From a bacterium (GTDB lineage Bacteria > UBA8248): 64,000 nt of DNA. The stretch covers positions 2,784,001 to 2,848,000 of the forward strand of contig OZ241326.1 of NCBI GenBank assembly GCA_965199855.1, given 5' to 3'. Of this stretch, positions 30,597-40,841 are shown piece after piece. The notes beneath the pieces are model-generated. The model was not told where the DNA came from. It saw only the letters and a program-made list of their open reading frames with translations, and ran no database searches. Position 1 is the first letter of the stretch, and the number at the start of each line of letters is the position of its first letter. A program made the position numbers and the translations under genes.

Positions 30597-31793
30597 ATGA
30601 GCGGAAGCATCGCGGGGAAAGTCGCCATCATCGGCGCGGGCATCACGAAATTCGGAGAGCTCTTCGAGCGCAGCTACAACGACCTCGTGGTCGAGGCCGC
30701 CTTCGAGGCCTACGAGGACGCAGGCCTAAGCGGCGAGGACGTGGAAGCCGCCTGGCTGGGCACCTACCTGCCGCTCGGCTGGGGCTTCGACGGCACGGGC
30801 GGCCCCTCGCTCGCCGAAGCCCTGAACCTCTACCCCAAGCCCGTCTCCCGCGTGTCGAACTACTGCACCACGGGCATGGAGGCCGTCCGCATGGCGGCGA
30901 TGGCGGTAGCCTCGGGGATGCACGACGTCGTCCTCGCCGTCGGCGCGGAGAAGATGCGCGAGGTTCCGCCCCGGGGCAGTCTGGTGGCGCAGCACGTGGA
31001 GAAGCTGCACCCGATGTATTCCAAGGGCCGCACGGCGCCGGGCAGCTTCGCCGTCCTGGCGAGGCGCTATTTCGAGGAGTTCGGCGCGGACCGGGAGGAC
31101 CTGGCCGAGGTGGCGGTGAAGAACCACCATCACGGAAGCCTGAACCCGCGCGCGCACTTCCGCAGGGAGATCACGAAGGAGCAGGCGCTGAAAGCCCCGC
31201 CCGTGACCGAGCCCCTGGGGCTCTACGACTGCTGTCCCACGACGGACGGGGCGGCCGCCCTCGTGCTCTGCCGGGCGGATTTGGCCGAGCCGCGCTTCGG
31301 CAGGAAGGACTGCGTCCTCATCGAGGGCATGGGGCTTTCCTGCGCGACGGGCTACATCACCACGGCGTTCAACCCCAGGTTCAGCTTCATCGGCTTCGAG
31401 GCGACGAAGGAGGCGGCGCGCCAGGCCTACGAGCAGGCCGGCGTGCGCAGCCCGCGCGAGGAGATAGACGTAGCCGAGGTGCACGACTGCTTCACGATCA
31501 CGGAGATTCTCAACTACGAGGATTTGGGCTTCGTCGAGAAGGGCGAGGGGCCCGACTTCGTGAAGAGCGGGGCGAGCCGGCTCGGCGGCGAGCTTCCCGT
31601 GAACACCTCGGGCGGCCTCAAGAGCTGCGGCCACCCCATCGGCGCGACGGGCGCGCGCGTGGTGGCGGATCTGACGAACCAGCTCCTCGGGCGCTGCGGG
31701 GCGCGCCAGGTGCAAGGGGCGAAGCGCGCCCTGGGCCACACCCTGGGCGGCCCCGGCGCCGTCTCCAGCGTGTTCGTCCTGAGCAAGAACTAG
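30597..31793 (+). CDS. Thiolase (SCP2/archaeal-type acetyl-CoA acetyltransferase)
   Basis: NYCTTG, VKNH, DGAAA, EVHDCF, GHPIGATG. Confidence 0.9.
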   Translation: MSGSIAGKVAIIGAGITKFGELFERSYNDLVVEAAFEAYEDAGLSGEDVEAAWLGTYLPLGWGFDGTGGPSLAEALNLYPKPVSRVSNYCTTGMEAVRMAAMAVASGMHDVVLAVGAEKMREVPPRGSLVAQHVEKLHPMYSKGRTAPGSFAVLARRYFEEFGADREDLAEVAVKNHHHGSLNPRAHFRREITKEQALKAPPVTEPLGLYDCCPTTDGAAALVLCRADLAEPRFGRKDCVLIEGMGLSCATGYITTAFNPRFSFIGFEATKEAARQAYEQAGVRSPREEIDVAEVHDCFTITEILNYEDLGFVEKGEGPDFVKSGASRLGGELPVNTSGGLKSCGHPIGATGARVVADLTNQLLGRCGARQVQGAKRALGHTLGGPGAVSSVFVLSKN

Positions 31794-31835
31794 GGGCGAG
31801 GCGCCCGACTTGCGGGGAGGCTCGCGGGGGGCGGC

Positions 31836-33620
31836 TCACGACCCGGGCCGGGCGCTCTCCGCCACGCCCACGATCGCGTCCAGCTTCTCCCTGACTTCAG
31901 GCGCGATTTCTTCCTCGGGAACGCAAGAGGCGAGCTCGTAAAACCGCTTCTTGGCCATCAGGTTGGGCAATCCGAGTTTTTTGTAATACGCCGAGAACAA
32001 AGGGGCGAGAAAGTCATCGCTCGCCTTGGCGTCGTCATCCCATGGCGACCCTTTCCCCAGCGTCTTCATGGCTTCTTCTATCTCGGCGATGGCCTCCCGC
32101 ATCGCGTCGATCCGACTCCTGGCAAAGAGATCCTCAGGCCCGGAGCCTCGCGCGTAAGCCTCCAGGGTCGCCGGGGCGCAAAGGTAATTTTCGATTTCCC
32201 GCTTTTTCCACATCAAAAATTCGAGAGGCCCGCCTTCCGGCGAAGCCCCCTCAAGACGGTCGAAGAGAGCCACGCCTTTCAGGTCCGGCGAAGCCTCCTT
32301 GAGGCCGTAATAGTGCCGTTCCGCCTTTGTGAACTGGTCGCCGACATAATGCACGAACGGACGTTCGAGCGCCCGGACCGCCTCCTCATGCCCGAGGCGC
32401 TCGGCGAAAGCCTGCAGGATCGCCAAATCCGTCGAGCCTTCGAGATAAAGAACCCAGCCCGTCTGCTCGGCTTGGTAGTATTGCTCGAACCCTATCTCTC
32501 TGAGCGCCTTCAGCACCTGGCTTCCCCTGTCCGCGCCTCCGATCCGGTGCGGCGAGCCGACGAAGGCGATGACCATGTCCCTGTCGGCGGCCTCGTTGAG
32601 AAGCACCTCCGAATGACTCGCCGCGATGATCTGGCTGTCGCGCTCCCGGGCGCTATCGGCGATCAGCCTGTAGATTTGGCGCTGACGAAGAATTTCGAGA
32701 TGCGCGTCGGGTTCATCCAGCAGAATGGCCGCGCCGGGATTCGCGGACATGTACGCCAGAATCAGCAGGGTCTGCTGCAGCCCCCGTCCGCTGGAAGACA
32801 GGTCGAGACTTTTGGAGGCGCGGGGCCGCTTTCTTTTCGACTGCAACTCCCGCCCGATGGAAGAAGGATCGAGGTCCATCCCGGGCTCCCGATACCCCAT
32901 GACGATTTCCCCCCGCTCCTCCACGTAGCGGGGCTCCTCAAGTTCGGAGCCGAAGAGATCGCGCATCCGCTCCACCAGTTCTTTCCACAAGTCGGGATCG
33001 CCGCTTTGAATCCTGTAGCAAAGATTGCGCAAAACTTCGGCTGTGCGCCCCTCTCCCACGCGCACGTTCACCGCGCCCTGATCGAGCCGCGTTTCGGTCG
33101 CCGCGAGGCCGGACATGGGGGGAAGAAAGGCGATGCGCGTCGAGGCGGCGGCTTCGGGAACCGGCATCCGCTTCGGCTTCTCGCCCTCGCCCAGCCGCAG
33201 GGGGCGACAGTAAAATGATTCGGGATTCGCGTAGTCGAATTCGAGACCGCAGGCCCACGCCTCGCCCTTGCTGACCCCCTCGACGATGAGCTCGATGCGA
33301 ACGTTGCTCGTTCGCTGACACCCGGCATCGTCCCTTCGCGCGTCCCTCGTATGGAGTTCGCGCCACAGGAGCTCCGCGGTCGGAACGGGAATGGCGAGAA
33401 GGTCGCGGCGGTTGATGGTGACGCCCGGCCGATTCTCCGGCGCCTTTTTCCCCGAGCGCTTCTCGCGCCAGCGCTTCAGTCCGATATCCCAGAGAGCCAG
33501 AGCCTGCATGGCCGAGGTCTTGCCCGAGTTGTTCGGGCCGATGAACACCACGGGGTTCCCCAGCTCGATTTCGACTTCATCGAAACGCTTGAAGTTGCGA
33601 ATGGTAAGTTTCGTGAGCAT
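31836..33620 (-). CDS. ABC-type ATPase with C-terminal TOPRIM-like domain (OLD-like nuclease)
   Basis: IRNFK, Walker A GPNNSGKT, SSGRG signature, LLDEPDAHL, ASHS, YLEGSTD, REIENY. Confidence 0.8.
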   Translation of the reverse strand: MLTKLTIRNFKRFDEVEIELGNPVVFIGPNNSGKTSAMQALALWDIGLKRWREKRSGKKAPENRPGVTINRRDLLAIPVPTAELLWRELHTRDARRDDAGCQRTSNVRIELIVEGVSKGEAWACGLEFDYANPESFYCRPLRLGEGEKPKRMPVPEAAASTRIAFLPPMSGLAATETRLDQGAVNVRVGEGRTAEVLRNLCYRIQSGDPDLWKELVERMRDLFGSELEEPRYVEERGEIVMGYREPGMDLDPSSIGRELQSKRKRPRASKSLDLSSSGRGLQQTLLILAYMSANPGAAILLDEPDAHLEILRQRQIYRLIADSARERDSQIIAASHSEVLLNEAADRDMVIAFVGSPHRIGGADRGSQVLKALREIGFEQYYQAEQTGWVLYLEGSTDLAILQAFAERLGHEEAVRALERPFVHYVGDQFTKAERHYYGLKEASPDLKGVALFDRLEGASPEGGPLEFLMWKKREIENYLCAPATLEAYARGSGPEDLFARSRIDAMREAIAEIEEAMKTLGKGSPWDDDAKASDDFLAPLFSAYYKKLGLPNLMAKKRFYELASCVPEEEIAPEVREKLDAIVGVAESARPGS

Positions 33621-33710
33621 CCGCGCGCTCCCTGAAAATTCTCTCCGCCGCCCGCATCCCTGAGATGATCCCGCCGCGCGCCGGAACGCGGCTGTTTTAC
33701 CTTCTCCCCC

Positions 33711-35093
33711 CTACAGCCACGAGAGGTTGACGCCCCTCTCGTTCGCCAGCTCGGCCTTGAACTCGGCCTGGGTTCTGGAGCCCTTCCGGCGGTTGCAGCT
33801 GCCGCACAGCAGCTGAAGGTTGGCGGCGTGGTTCGTCCCGCCCTTCGACCGGGGGGTGACGTGATCCATCTCCAGGTGCCGGGCCTCGAAATGCTCCTGG
33901 CATCCGTTGCAGTAGCCCTCCTGGAGGCCGTAGAGGGTTCTCTTGAAGTCCGCCATCTCGGCGGGGCGAAGCTCGTCCCCCTGATCCGTGCGCATGGGGA
34001 TGTCGCCGCGCGCCGTGATGTCCCGGAACAGCCCCTGGTTGTCGCGGATGCGCTGAACGACCAGCTCGGCCGCGCGCGCCGAGATGTCGATGCCCACCCA
34101 GTCGCGCCTCAGCTCGTCCGCCGCCACGAGGGTCGTCGCGCACCCGCAGAAGGGGTCGAACACCACGTCGCCCTCGCGCGAGCTCGCCTCGATGACGCGC
34201 CGCAGCAGCGCCAGGGGCTTCTGCGTGGGATAGCCCGTGCGCTCGGATCTCGGAGCGGGATATATGTCCTTTATCACGTCGCGCGCGGCGATGCCTCTCG
34301 ATTCGTGGAGATAGCGCTTGTAGCGCGGCACTCCCCCAAGCTTTTTGGGAAAATGTATTCTTCCCTCCTTCTCCAGTTCGCGCATCCTGTTTTCCGGATA
34401 CCGCCACGGCCCCCGATGGCCGTGAAAGTCGTAGGAATATCCTCCGCCGCTCAAGCCTTTCGCTGTCAACTGATCCGACTGATATCTTCCCCGCTCGTCC
34501 TCGTGCCTGTAATCGCGCCGGATCTGCCTCTCGCCGAGCGGCTGCCACGCGCCGTTCCAGATGAATCCCTTGCCCATGCCGTAGTAGAGGAGGTCGTCAT
34601 GCACTCTTGCGAATCTCTTGGCGTCGCTTCTCCCGGTGGTTCTCTCCCATATCACGTCGTTCCTGAAATTCTCCGCGCCGAAAATCGCGTCCATCACTAT
34701 TTTGAGATAATGGCTGGCCGTGGGGTCGCAGTGCAGGTAGATGGAGCCTGTGGGCCTGAGGACGCGCTTCATCTCGATGAGGCGGGTCGCCATCATCACC
34801 AGATAGGAGAACATCCCCTTCGAGTGCGCATGCCGGGCGGAGGCGAGCAGGGCGTAGAGGCCGACGTTCTCGTCCTTCAGCCGGTTGTGCTCGACCAGGT
34901 CCACGTCCGAGAGCGTCCAGGAATCCTTGAAGGCCGCCCCCGCCGCGCGGCTGCCGATGGGCGCCGCATACGCCTTGTTGGAATTGAAGGGCGGGTCGAG
35001 ATAGACGAGATCGACGCAACCGGAGTTCATCCCCCGCATGACGTGGAGGTTGTCGCCCGTGAAGATGGTCTTGCTCTTCCAGTTCGGCTTCAA
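33711..35093 (-). CDS. Beta-class N6A/N4C DNA methyltransferase fused to a C-terminal HNH endonuclease
   Basis: YLDPPF, YPTQKP, DPFCGCATT, then CNGC...DHVTPRSKGG...NLQLLCGSCNRRK. Confidence 0.9.
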   Translation of the reverse strand: MKPNWKSKTIFTGDNLHVMRGMNSGCVDLVYLDPPFNSNKAYAAPIGSRAAGAAFKDSWTLSDVDLVEHNRLKDENVGLYALLASARHAHSKGMFSYLVMMATRLIEMKRVLRPTGSIYLHCDPTASHYLKIVMDAIFGAENFRNDVIWERTTGRSDAKRFARVHDDLLYYGMGKGFIWNGAWQPLGERQIRRDYRHEDERGRYQSDQLTAKGLSGGGYSYDFHGHRGPWRYPENRMRELEKEGRIHFPKKLGGVPRYKRYLHESRGIAARDVIKDIYPAPRSERTGYPTQKPLALLRRVIEASSREGDVVFDPFCGCATTLVAADELRRDWVGIDISARAAELVVQRIRDNQGLFRDITARGDIPMRTDQGDELRPAEMADFKRTLYGLQEGYCNGCQEHFEARHLEMDHVTPRSKGGTNHAANLQLLCGSCNRRKGSRTQAEFKAELANERGVNLSWL

Positions 35094-35283
35094 GGGGGCG
35101 CGCCTTCCGGGCGGATGGAGAGCGAGGCGTCACGCGGGGAGAATACCACGCCCGCCGCGGGGGCGTCAGGGGGGGGGCTTGGCGATTCGCCTCGCCGCCC
35201 CGCGCGGGCGGTTCACGAACCGCCCCGGCGGAAAACCCGAAGAGGCGCCCGAAACCTCAGCCCGCCCCCCGAAAGCGGCGGCG

Positions 35284-36003
35284 TCAGGAGGGCTCGCGCG
35301 CGGCTTCGTGAAGGATGACGACGCCGCCCGTCATCGGGCGGTGGCGCACCTGGCCGAAGCCCGCCTCGCGGATCATCTCCGAGAGCCTCTCCGCTCCGGG
35401 AAACTCCGACACCGTGCGGGGCAGGTAGCTATACGCCCGGGGATGGCTCGAGACCAGGCGGCCGACGAGGGGGACGAGAACGCGGAAATACGCGGCGTAC
35501 AGAAGCCCGAAAAGCCCCCCGGGGCGGCCGAACTCCAGCACCACGAGCCTGCCGCCCGCGCGGGTGACCCGCCCCATCTCGCGCAGGCCGGCCTCTCGAT
35601 CCTCCAGGTTGCGCAGGCCGAAGGAGACGATTACCCCGTCGAACGCCCCGTCCCGAAAGGGGAGCCCGAGCGCGTCGCCCTGGACGAGGGAGAGGGCGGC
35701 GTTCGCCTTCGCCGCCTTCTTTCGCCCGCGCGCGAGCATGGGGAGGGCGAAATCGACCCCCGCCACGCGCGCGCGCGCCCCGGCCTGGCGGCGAACCTCG
35801 AGCGCCACGTCCGCCGTGCCCGCCGCCAGGTCGAGAAGCCGGGGGCGCGCCTCGCCCGCGACGCCGCGCAGCAGGATCGCCGCCGCCCGCCTTCGCCAGA
35901 GGCGATCCGCCCCCAGGCTGAACGCGCGGTTCAGGAAGTCGTAGGTGGGCGCGATGTCGGAGAACATCGCCCGCACCTCGCCCCTCTCGATTCGGGTCGG
36001 CAC
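35284..36003 (-). CDS. menG: Demethylmenaquinone methyltransferase (UbiE/MenG)
   Basis: MFSDIAPTYDFLN, LDLAAGTAD, SFGLRN, YSYL. Confidence 0.9.
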   Translation of the reverse strand: MPTRIERGEVRAMFSDIAPTYDFLNRAFSLGADRLWRRRAAAILLRGVAGEARPRLLDLAAGTADVALEVRRQAGARARVAGVDFALPMLARGRKKAAKANAALSLVQGDALGLPFRDGAFDGVIVSFGLRNLEDREAGLREMGRVTRAGGRLVVLEFGRPGGLFGLLYAAYFRVLVPLVGRLVSSHPRAYSYLPRTVSEFPGAERLSEMIREAGFGQVRHRPMTGGVVILHEAAREPS

Positions 36004-36013
36004 GCGAAAGCCC

Positions 36014-36892
36014 TCAGCCCGCGCCGACGAGCACGTCGGCTATCGCCCCCGCCGAGATGACGACGGACACCCAGGCGTTCAGGTTGAAGAAGGAGAGGTT
36101 CACGCGGCTGAGGTCGTCGGGGCGCACGATCCGGTGCTCCCAGAACAGGAGGCAGCCCGCCGCGGCGAGCGCCGCCCAGTAGAGCGCGCCCAGCCCGAAC
36201 GCGCGGCCGGCGGCGAAGAAGCAGGCCATCGCCGCGAGATGAAGGGCGGCCGCCAGCATGAGCGCGCCCCGCGTCCCCAGCAGGCGCGGCAGGGAATGGA
36301 GTCCCGCCGCCTCGTCGAAGTCCGCGTCCAGGCAGGCGTAAATCAGATCGAAGCCGGCCACCCAGACGGCGACGCCCGCGAACAGGAGAACGCTCACGAG
36401 GCCCACCTCGCCGCGCACGGCCACCCAGGCGCCGGCGGGGGCGCAGCCCAGCGCCGCGCCCAGAATGAGGTGCGTCCAGGAGGTGAAGCGCTTGGCGTAG
36501 CTGTAGAGGACGATCCAGCCCGTCACCGCGAAGGAGAGGGCGAAGGCGAGCGGGTTCAGCATCCAGGCGGAGAGGTGGAAGAGGGCGAGAAAGCCCGCCA
36601 TCACCGCCAGGATCGCCTTCGAGCGGAGCATGGGCTGGAACTCGGCGCGGTGCGCCGTGCGGGGGTTTCGGGGGTCGATGTCCCTGTCGGCGAAGCGGTT
36701 GAGCGTCATGGCGAAGTTCCGCGCCCCCGCCGCCGCCGCCACCATCCAGAAGAGCGCCCGCGCGGAGGGAAGCCCGTCCGCGGCCATCACGCCCGCCATC
36801 AGCACGAAGGGAATCCCGAAGATGGTGTGCTCGAACTTCACCATGCGCAGGAAGCGCCGGACGCTTCCCGGAACCGGCGCCTCAGCCGCCAA
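36014..36892 (-). CDS. ubiA: UbiA family prenyltransferase (MqnP-type)
   Basis: VKFEHTIF, NRFADRDIDPRNPRT, YSYAKRF, GFDLIYACLD. Confidence 0.88.
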   Translation of the reverse strand: MAAEAPVPGSVRRFLRMVKFEHTIFGIPFVLMAGVMAADGLPSARALFWMVAAAAGARNFAMTLNRFADRDIDPRNPRTAHRAEFQPMLRSKAILAVMAGFLALFHLSAWMLNPLAFALSFAVTGWIVLYSYAKRFTSWTHLILGAALGCAPAGAWVAVRGEVGLVSVLLFAGVAVWVAGFDLIYACLDADFDEAAGLHSLPRLLGTRGALMLAAALHLAAMACFFAAGRAFGLGALYWAALAAAGCLLFWEHRIVRPDDLSRVNLSFFNLNAWVSVVISAGAIADVLVGAG

Positions 36893-38345
36893 GCCCGTAT
36901 TCCTCCCAGCGCCTCGTGACGCGCTCCTTGATCTCCTCGGACATCACGATCTCGGGCGGCCACTCGCGCGCGAAGCCCTCGGAGGCCCACTTGCGGGTGC
37001 CGTCCACCCCCACCTTGCTCCCCACGTGGAGGAGCGGGGCGGCGTGCTCGAGCGCGTCCACCGGGCCGTCCACGAACACGAGGTCGCGCCGGGGGTCGAT
37101 GCTGCCCAGCGTCTTCCAGGAGACCTCGCTGACGTCGCGCACGTCCACGTCCTCGTCCACGACGACGATGACCTTGGCGAGCGCCATCTGCCCCATCCCC
37201 CACAGGGCGTACATCACCTTCCGCGCGTGGTGGGGATACGCCTTGCGGATGGAGACGATGACCATGTTGTGGAACACGCCCTCGGCGGGCATGTGGACGT
37301 CCACGATTTCGGGCAGCTGCATCTTCATCAGGGGCAGGAAGATGCGGCCCGTCGCCCCGCCCAGCCAGTAGTCCTCCATCGGCGGGCGGCCCACGATGGT
37401 GGTGGGGTAGATGGCCTCGCGCCTCCTCGTGATGGCCGTGACGCGGAAGACGGGGTAGTCGTCCGCCAGCGAATACCAGCCCGTGTGGTCGCCGAAGGGC
37501 CCCTCCTCGCGCAGCTCGTTCGGGTTCAGGTAGCCCTCCACCACGATGTCCGAATCGGCGGGCACCTCCACGTCCACCGTTCTGCACTTCACCAGCTCCG
37601 CGCTCTTGCGCCTGAGAAAGCCGGCGAGGTTCAGCTCGTCGATTCCCGGCGGCAGGGGCGCGCTCGCCGCGTAGACGTAGACCGGGTCCCCCCCCAGGGC
37701 GACGGCCATCTCCATGCGCTCGCCCCTCTCCGAGCTCGCCAGGAAGTTCTGCGCCCCGTCGTGGTGGAGGTGCATGTGCATCCCGGCGGTCGCCGCGTCG
37801 AAGAGCTGGACGCGGTAGAGGCCCACGTTTCTGCGGCCGGTTCGCGGATTCCGCGAATAGACGTGTCCGAAGGTGATGTAGCGCCCCGCGTCCTCCGGCC
37901 AGCACTTGATGGCGGGAAGCGAGAAGAGGTCCGGCTGCTCCGTCTCGACGATCTCCTGGCAGGGCGCCGCGCTCACCGTCTTGGGGGAGAAGGAGGCGAG
38001 CCGCGCGAGCCTGGGCAGCATCTTCACCTTCTCGATGATGCCCTCGGGCGGCTTGATCTCCAGAAGCTCCGCCACCTCGTCCGCCGCCGCCTCCAGGCTC
38101 TCGACGCCCAGCGCCATCCGCATCCGCTCGTCCGAGGCGTAGGCGTTGATGAGGACGGGGGCGTCGAACGTCCGCCCGTCGGGGGCGACGGGGCGCTCGA
38201 ACAGGAGGGCGGGGCCGCCCGCCTTCACCATGCGGTCGGCGATTTCGGTGATCTCGAGCTCCACGTCCACCGGCGCGGAGACGCGGCGCAGCTCCCCCGC
38301 GCGTTCGAGGGCGTCCACGAATTCCCTGAGAGATGCGTAGGCCAT
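36882..38345 (-). CDS. ubiD: UbiD family decarboxylase (menaquinone biosynthesis, MqnL-type)
   Basis: LEITEI, RNVGLYR, EGPFGDHTGWY, VGRPPMED. Confidence 0.92.
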   Translation of the reverse strand: MAYASLREFVDALERAGELRRVSAPVDVELEITEIADRMVKAGGPALLFERPVAPDGRTFDAPVLINAYASDERMRMALGVESLEAAADEVAELLEIKPPEGIIEKVKMLPRLARLASFSPKTVSAAPCQEIVETEQPDLFSLPAIKCWPEDAGRYITFGHVYSRNPRTGRRNVGLYRVQLFDAATAGMHMHLHHDGAQNFLASSERGERMEMAVALGGDPVYVYAASAPLPPGIDELNLAGFLRRKSAELVKCRTVDVEVPADSDIVVEGYLNPNELREEGPFGDHTGWYSLADDYPVFRVTAITRRREAIYPTTIVGRPPMEDYWLGGATGRIFLPLMKMQLPEIVDVHMPAEGVFHNMVIVSIRKAYPHHARKVMYALWGMGQMALAKVIVVVDEDVDVRDVSEVSWKTLGSIDPRRDLVFVDGPVDALEHAAPLLHVGSKVGVDGTRKWASEGFAREWPPEIVMSEEIKERVTRRWEEYGLGG

Positions 38346-38401
38346 GCGCTCAAAATCCCCCCGTTCGATGATTCGCGGCGCGCCCGCCCTTCCCCGCTCC
38401 G

Positions 38402-40742
38402 CTACAGGTTCGCCGAATAGGGCAACGACTTCACGAACCTTTCCATGAACTCCAGGTCGGGCTCGCCCCCGAGCGCTGCGGGAAGCCTGATTTTCGCCTT
38501 CCGCAGCCTCGTCTGGCTGCATTTGCGCCCGTAATTATACCGATACCGCTCGAGGTTGATCACCGCAACCAGAAACATCGCGGCGTATTTGTTCATGCGG
38601 AACCTGGGCGTCAGCTTCTCCACGTGGTCCGACGCCGAGAAGGACCTGTCCTGATACGCGCAGTATCCCGAGACGGCGCTGTCGATGGTGAGCGCGCCGC
38701 CCTCGCCCACGGATTCCGTATACGCGCGGCAAAATCCCTTGACCCCGTTGTTGGTCGCCTGCGTTCCTACGTAAGGCCAGCCCTCCCGCGGCGCGGCGGG
38801 CTCCAGATCGCGGTAGAGCGTCGTCCTCGTTCCCGAAATTCTGAAGAGATCGCCGAAGGAGAACGCCTTCCACGCCCGCGCGTCAAGCGGCTCCTCCACG
38901 CCGCGCGTTGCGGGCTCGGAGGAGGCGCTCTCCACGATCCTGTTGGCGAACAGATACGCCGAATAGCCATACAGGGCGTCGACGAACAGGTCGCGGGTTA
39001 CCCTGGAATAATCCGTCTCCATGTAGGCTTCCGCAACCCATTCATCCTCCGCGGCGAGCCGCCTCTTGACGCCGCGGCCGGGCGCCGCGCGCCTGTTGAC
39101 GTAAGCGTCCAGCCATTCGCGCTTGACCTCCTCCCATCGGCCGTGCAGGTCCGATCTGCCGGTCGTTTTGCGCTTCACGAAGCCGTCGTCCTTGCAATAG
39201 CCCAGATACGTCTCCTTGCCGGCGGGGTGCGGGCGATGCGCCGTGAACGCCATGACGCAGGTCACGACCCCGACTCCGGAGTTGAAGAACAGCTCGTCCG
39301 GCATGGAGAACACGGCTTCCAGCGTGTGCCTCTCCATGAGGCGGCGCTTCACCAGCCCCGTCTTTCCCGATGCCGCCAGAGCGCACTGCATGGGGACGAT
39401 GGCGACGCACGCGCCGCCCTGCTGCAGGCATTCCAGATTATTGAAGACGAACTCCAGCTCCTCGATATCGTTTTTCTTGTCGGATTTGTAGGGCGGATTC
39501 AGAAGGCCCACGGTCGGCTTCTTCGCCTTGATGGCGTCCATGATTTTCCGGCTGAAGCAGTCGCCGAGCAGAATGTTCGATTTGCCGTCCTGGTGGATGT
39601 ACATGTTGGAAACGGCCAAGGGATAGATTTCCGACTGGAGTTCGACGCCGTAGATTTGCGACTCCTTGATGCTCCTTATCTTCTCCGCGTCGCCCCCGGC
39701 GTCCTCCACCATCCTGCCCAGAGCGTGAATCAGAAAGCCCCCCGCGCCGGCGCAGTTGTCATACGCGACGGATTCCTTGTTCACCTGCGCCAGATCGACG
39801 AAAAAATCCGCGATGTGCGGCGGCGTCAGGACGATGCCCAGCCCCTTGTCGCTGTTCGCGTATTGCAGAAACTCCGTGTAGAGGCCGCCGAGCACGTCGC
39901 GGTATTGATGATTCCTGATGTATGAGTTCACCTCGGCGTCAATCAGCCTGATGATGTCGGCGAGTTCGCCTCTTTTGGTGGTCAGCACCGTATCGACCGG
40001 CAAGAAGCCGAACTTCTGCTTCAGGATGTCGAGCTTGGGGCGTTCGATTCCCGCCTCCGACAGCTCCCGCATGACGGCGTCGACGACCAGGCCGGCGACG
40101 GCGCGGGGATTCGGCTCAAGAGAATAGGACTGCCGGAAGGACTCGCGCTCCAAGGCGATCAGAATCGCGCTGATGAGAAGCGCCCGGTTTCTCTCCGAAA
40201 CCTTGTTGACGTGCAACCGCGCGTTCATCCCGCGAATGAAGGCGAGCAGGGCGTCATAATCCTGCCTCCGCTTGTGGGGGCTTTTCATGCAGCCTTCGAG
40301 ATAATCCCCCGGCGGCAGCAGCTTGTCCCCGAACATCTCTTTCGGTTCGGTGATCGTTCTTCAAAAGCAGATAGTGGGAGACCCGCGCGGTTCTTTCGTC
40401 CGTCCCGCTCACGCCTATGGCCAGAACGTCGAACTCCCGGCCGAGGCAGGAGGCGTAGAGAAGCGCGCCGTCAACGGCGAACTCACGGTATCGATTCCGC
40501 CCGGGGCTGGAATGCTTCAAGGGGTCGGCCTTGCATTCGACGACGATCAGGAAGTCGGGATGCCCGTCGAATTCGATCAGAAAATCGGGGAACCCCCGCC
40601 CCGGGCCGCCCTTGGACGCCGATTTCAGCAATTTGTCGATGCGGGGATTCTTCGACGCCTGCTCGTCGATTCTCCGGATCCCGCTCCCGTATTTCTCGAA
40701 ATGTCGGCGAACAATCCGCTCCGCGTCGCGTTCGTTCCTCAC
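38402..40742 (-). pseudogene. BcgI-like type IIG/IIB restriction-modification enzyme (REase-MTase-TRD) split by one frameshift near 40341-40350
   Basis: Upstream frame has FPDFLIE...VVECKA (PD-(D/E)xK). Downstream frame has GIVLTP, YDNCAGAGGF, LLNPPY and a C-terminal TRD (SASDHV, RYNYGRK). Confidence 0.75.
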
Positions 40743-40841
40743 GCCGCCGAATCCTTCCGGTTCATTCCGCGTCCGCCCGCGCGGGCGGCGAGGCGGGAAT
40801 ACCCTCTGTTTTCCCCGTGTTCGCTTCGGGAAGCGGGGCGA

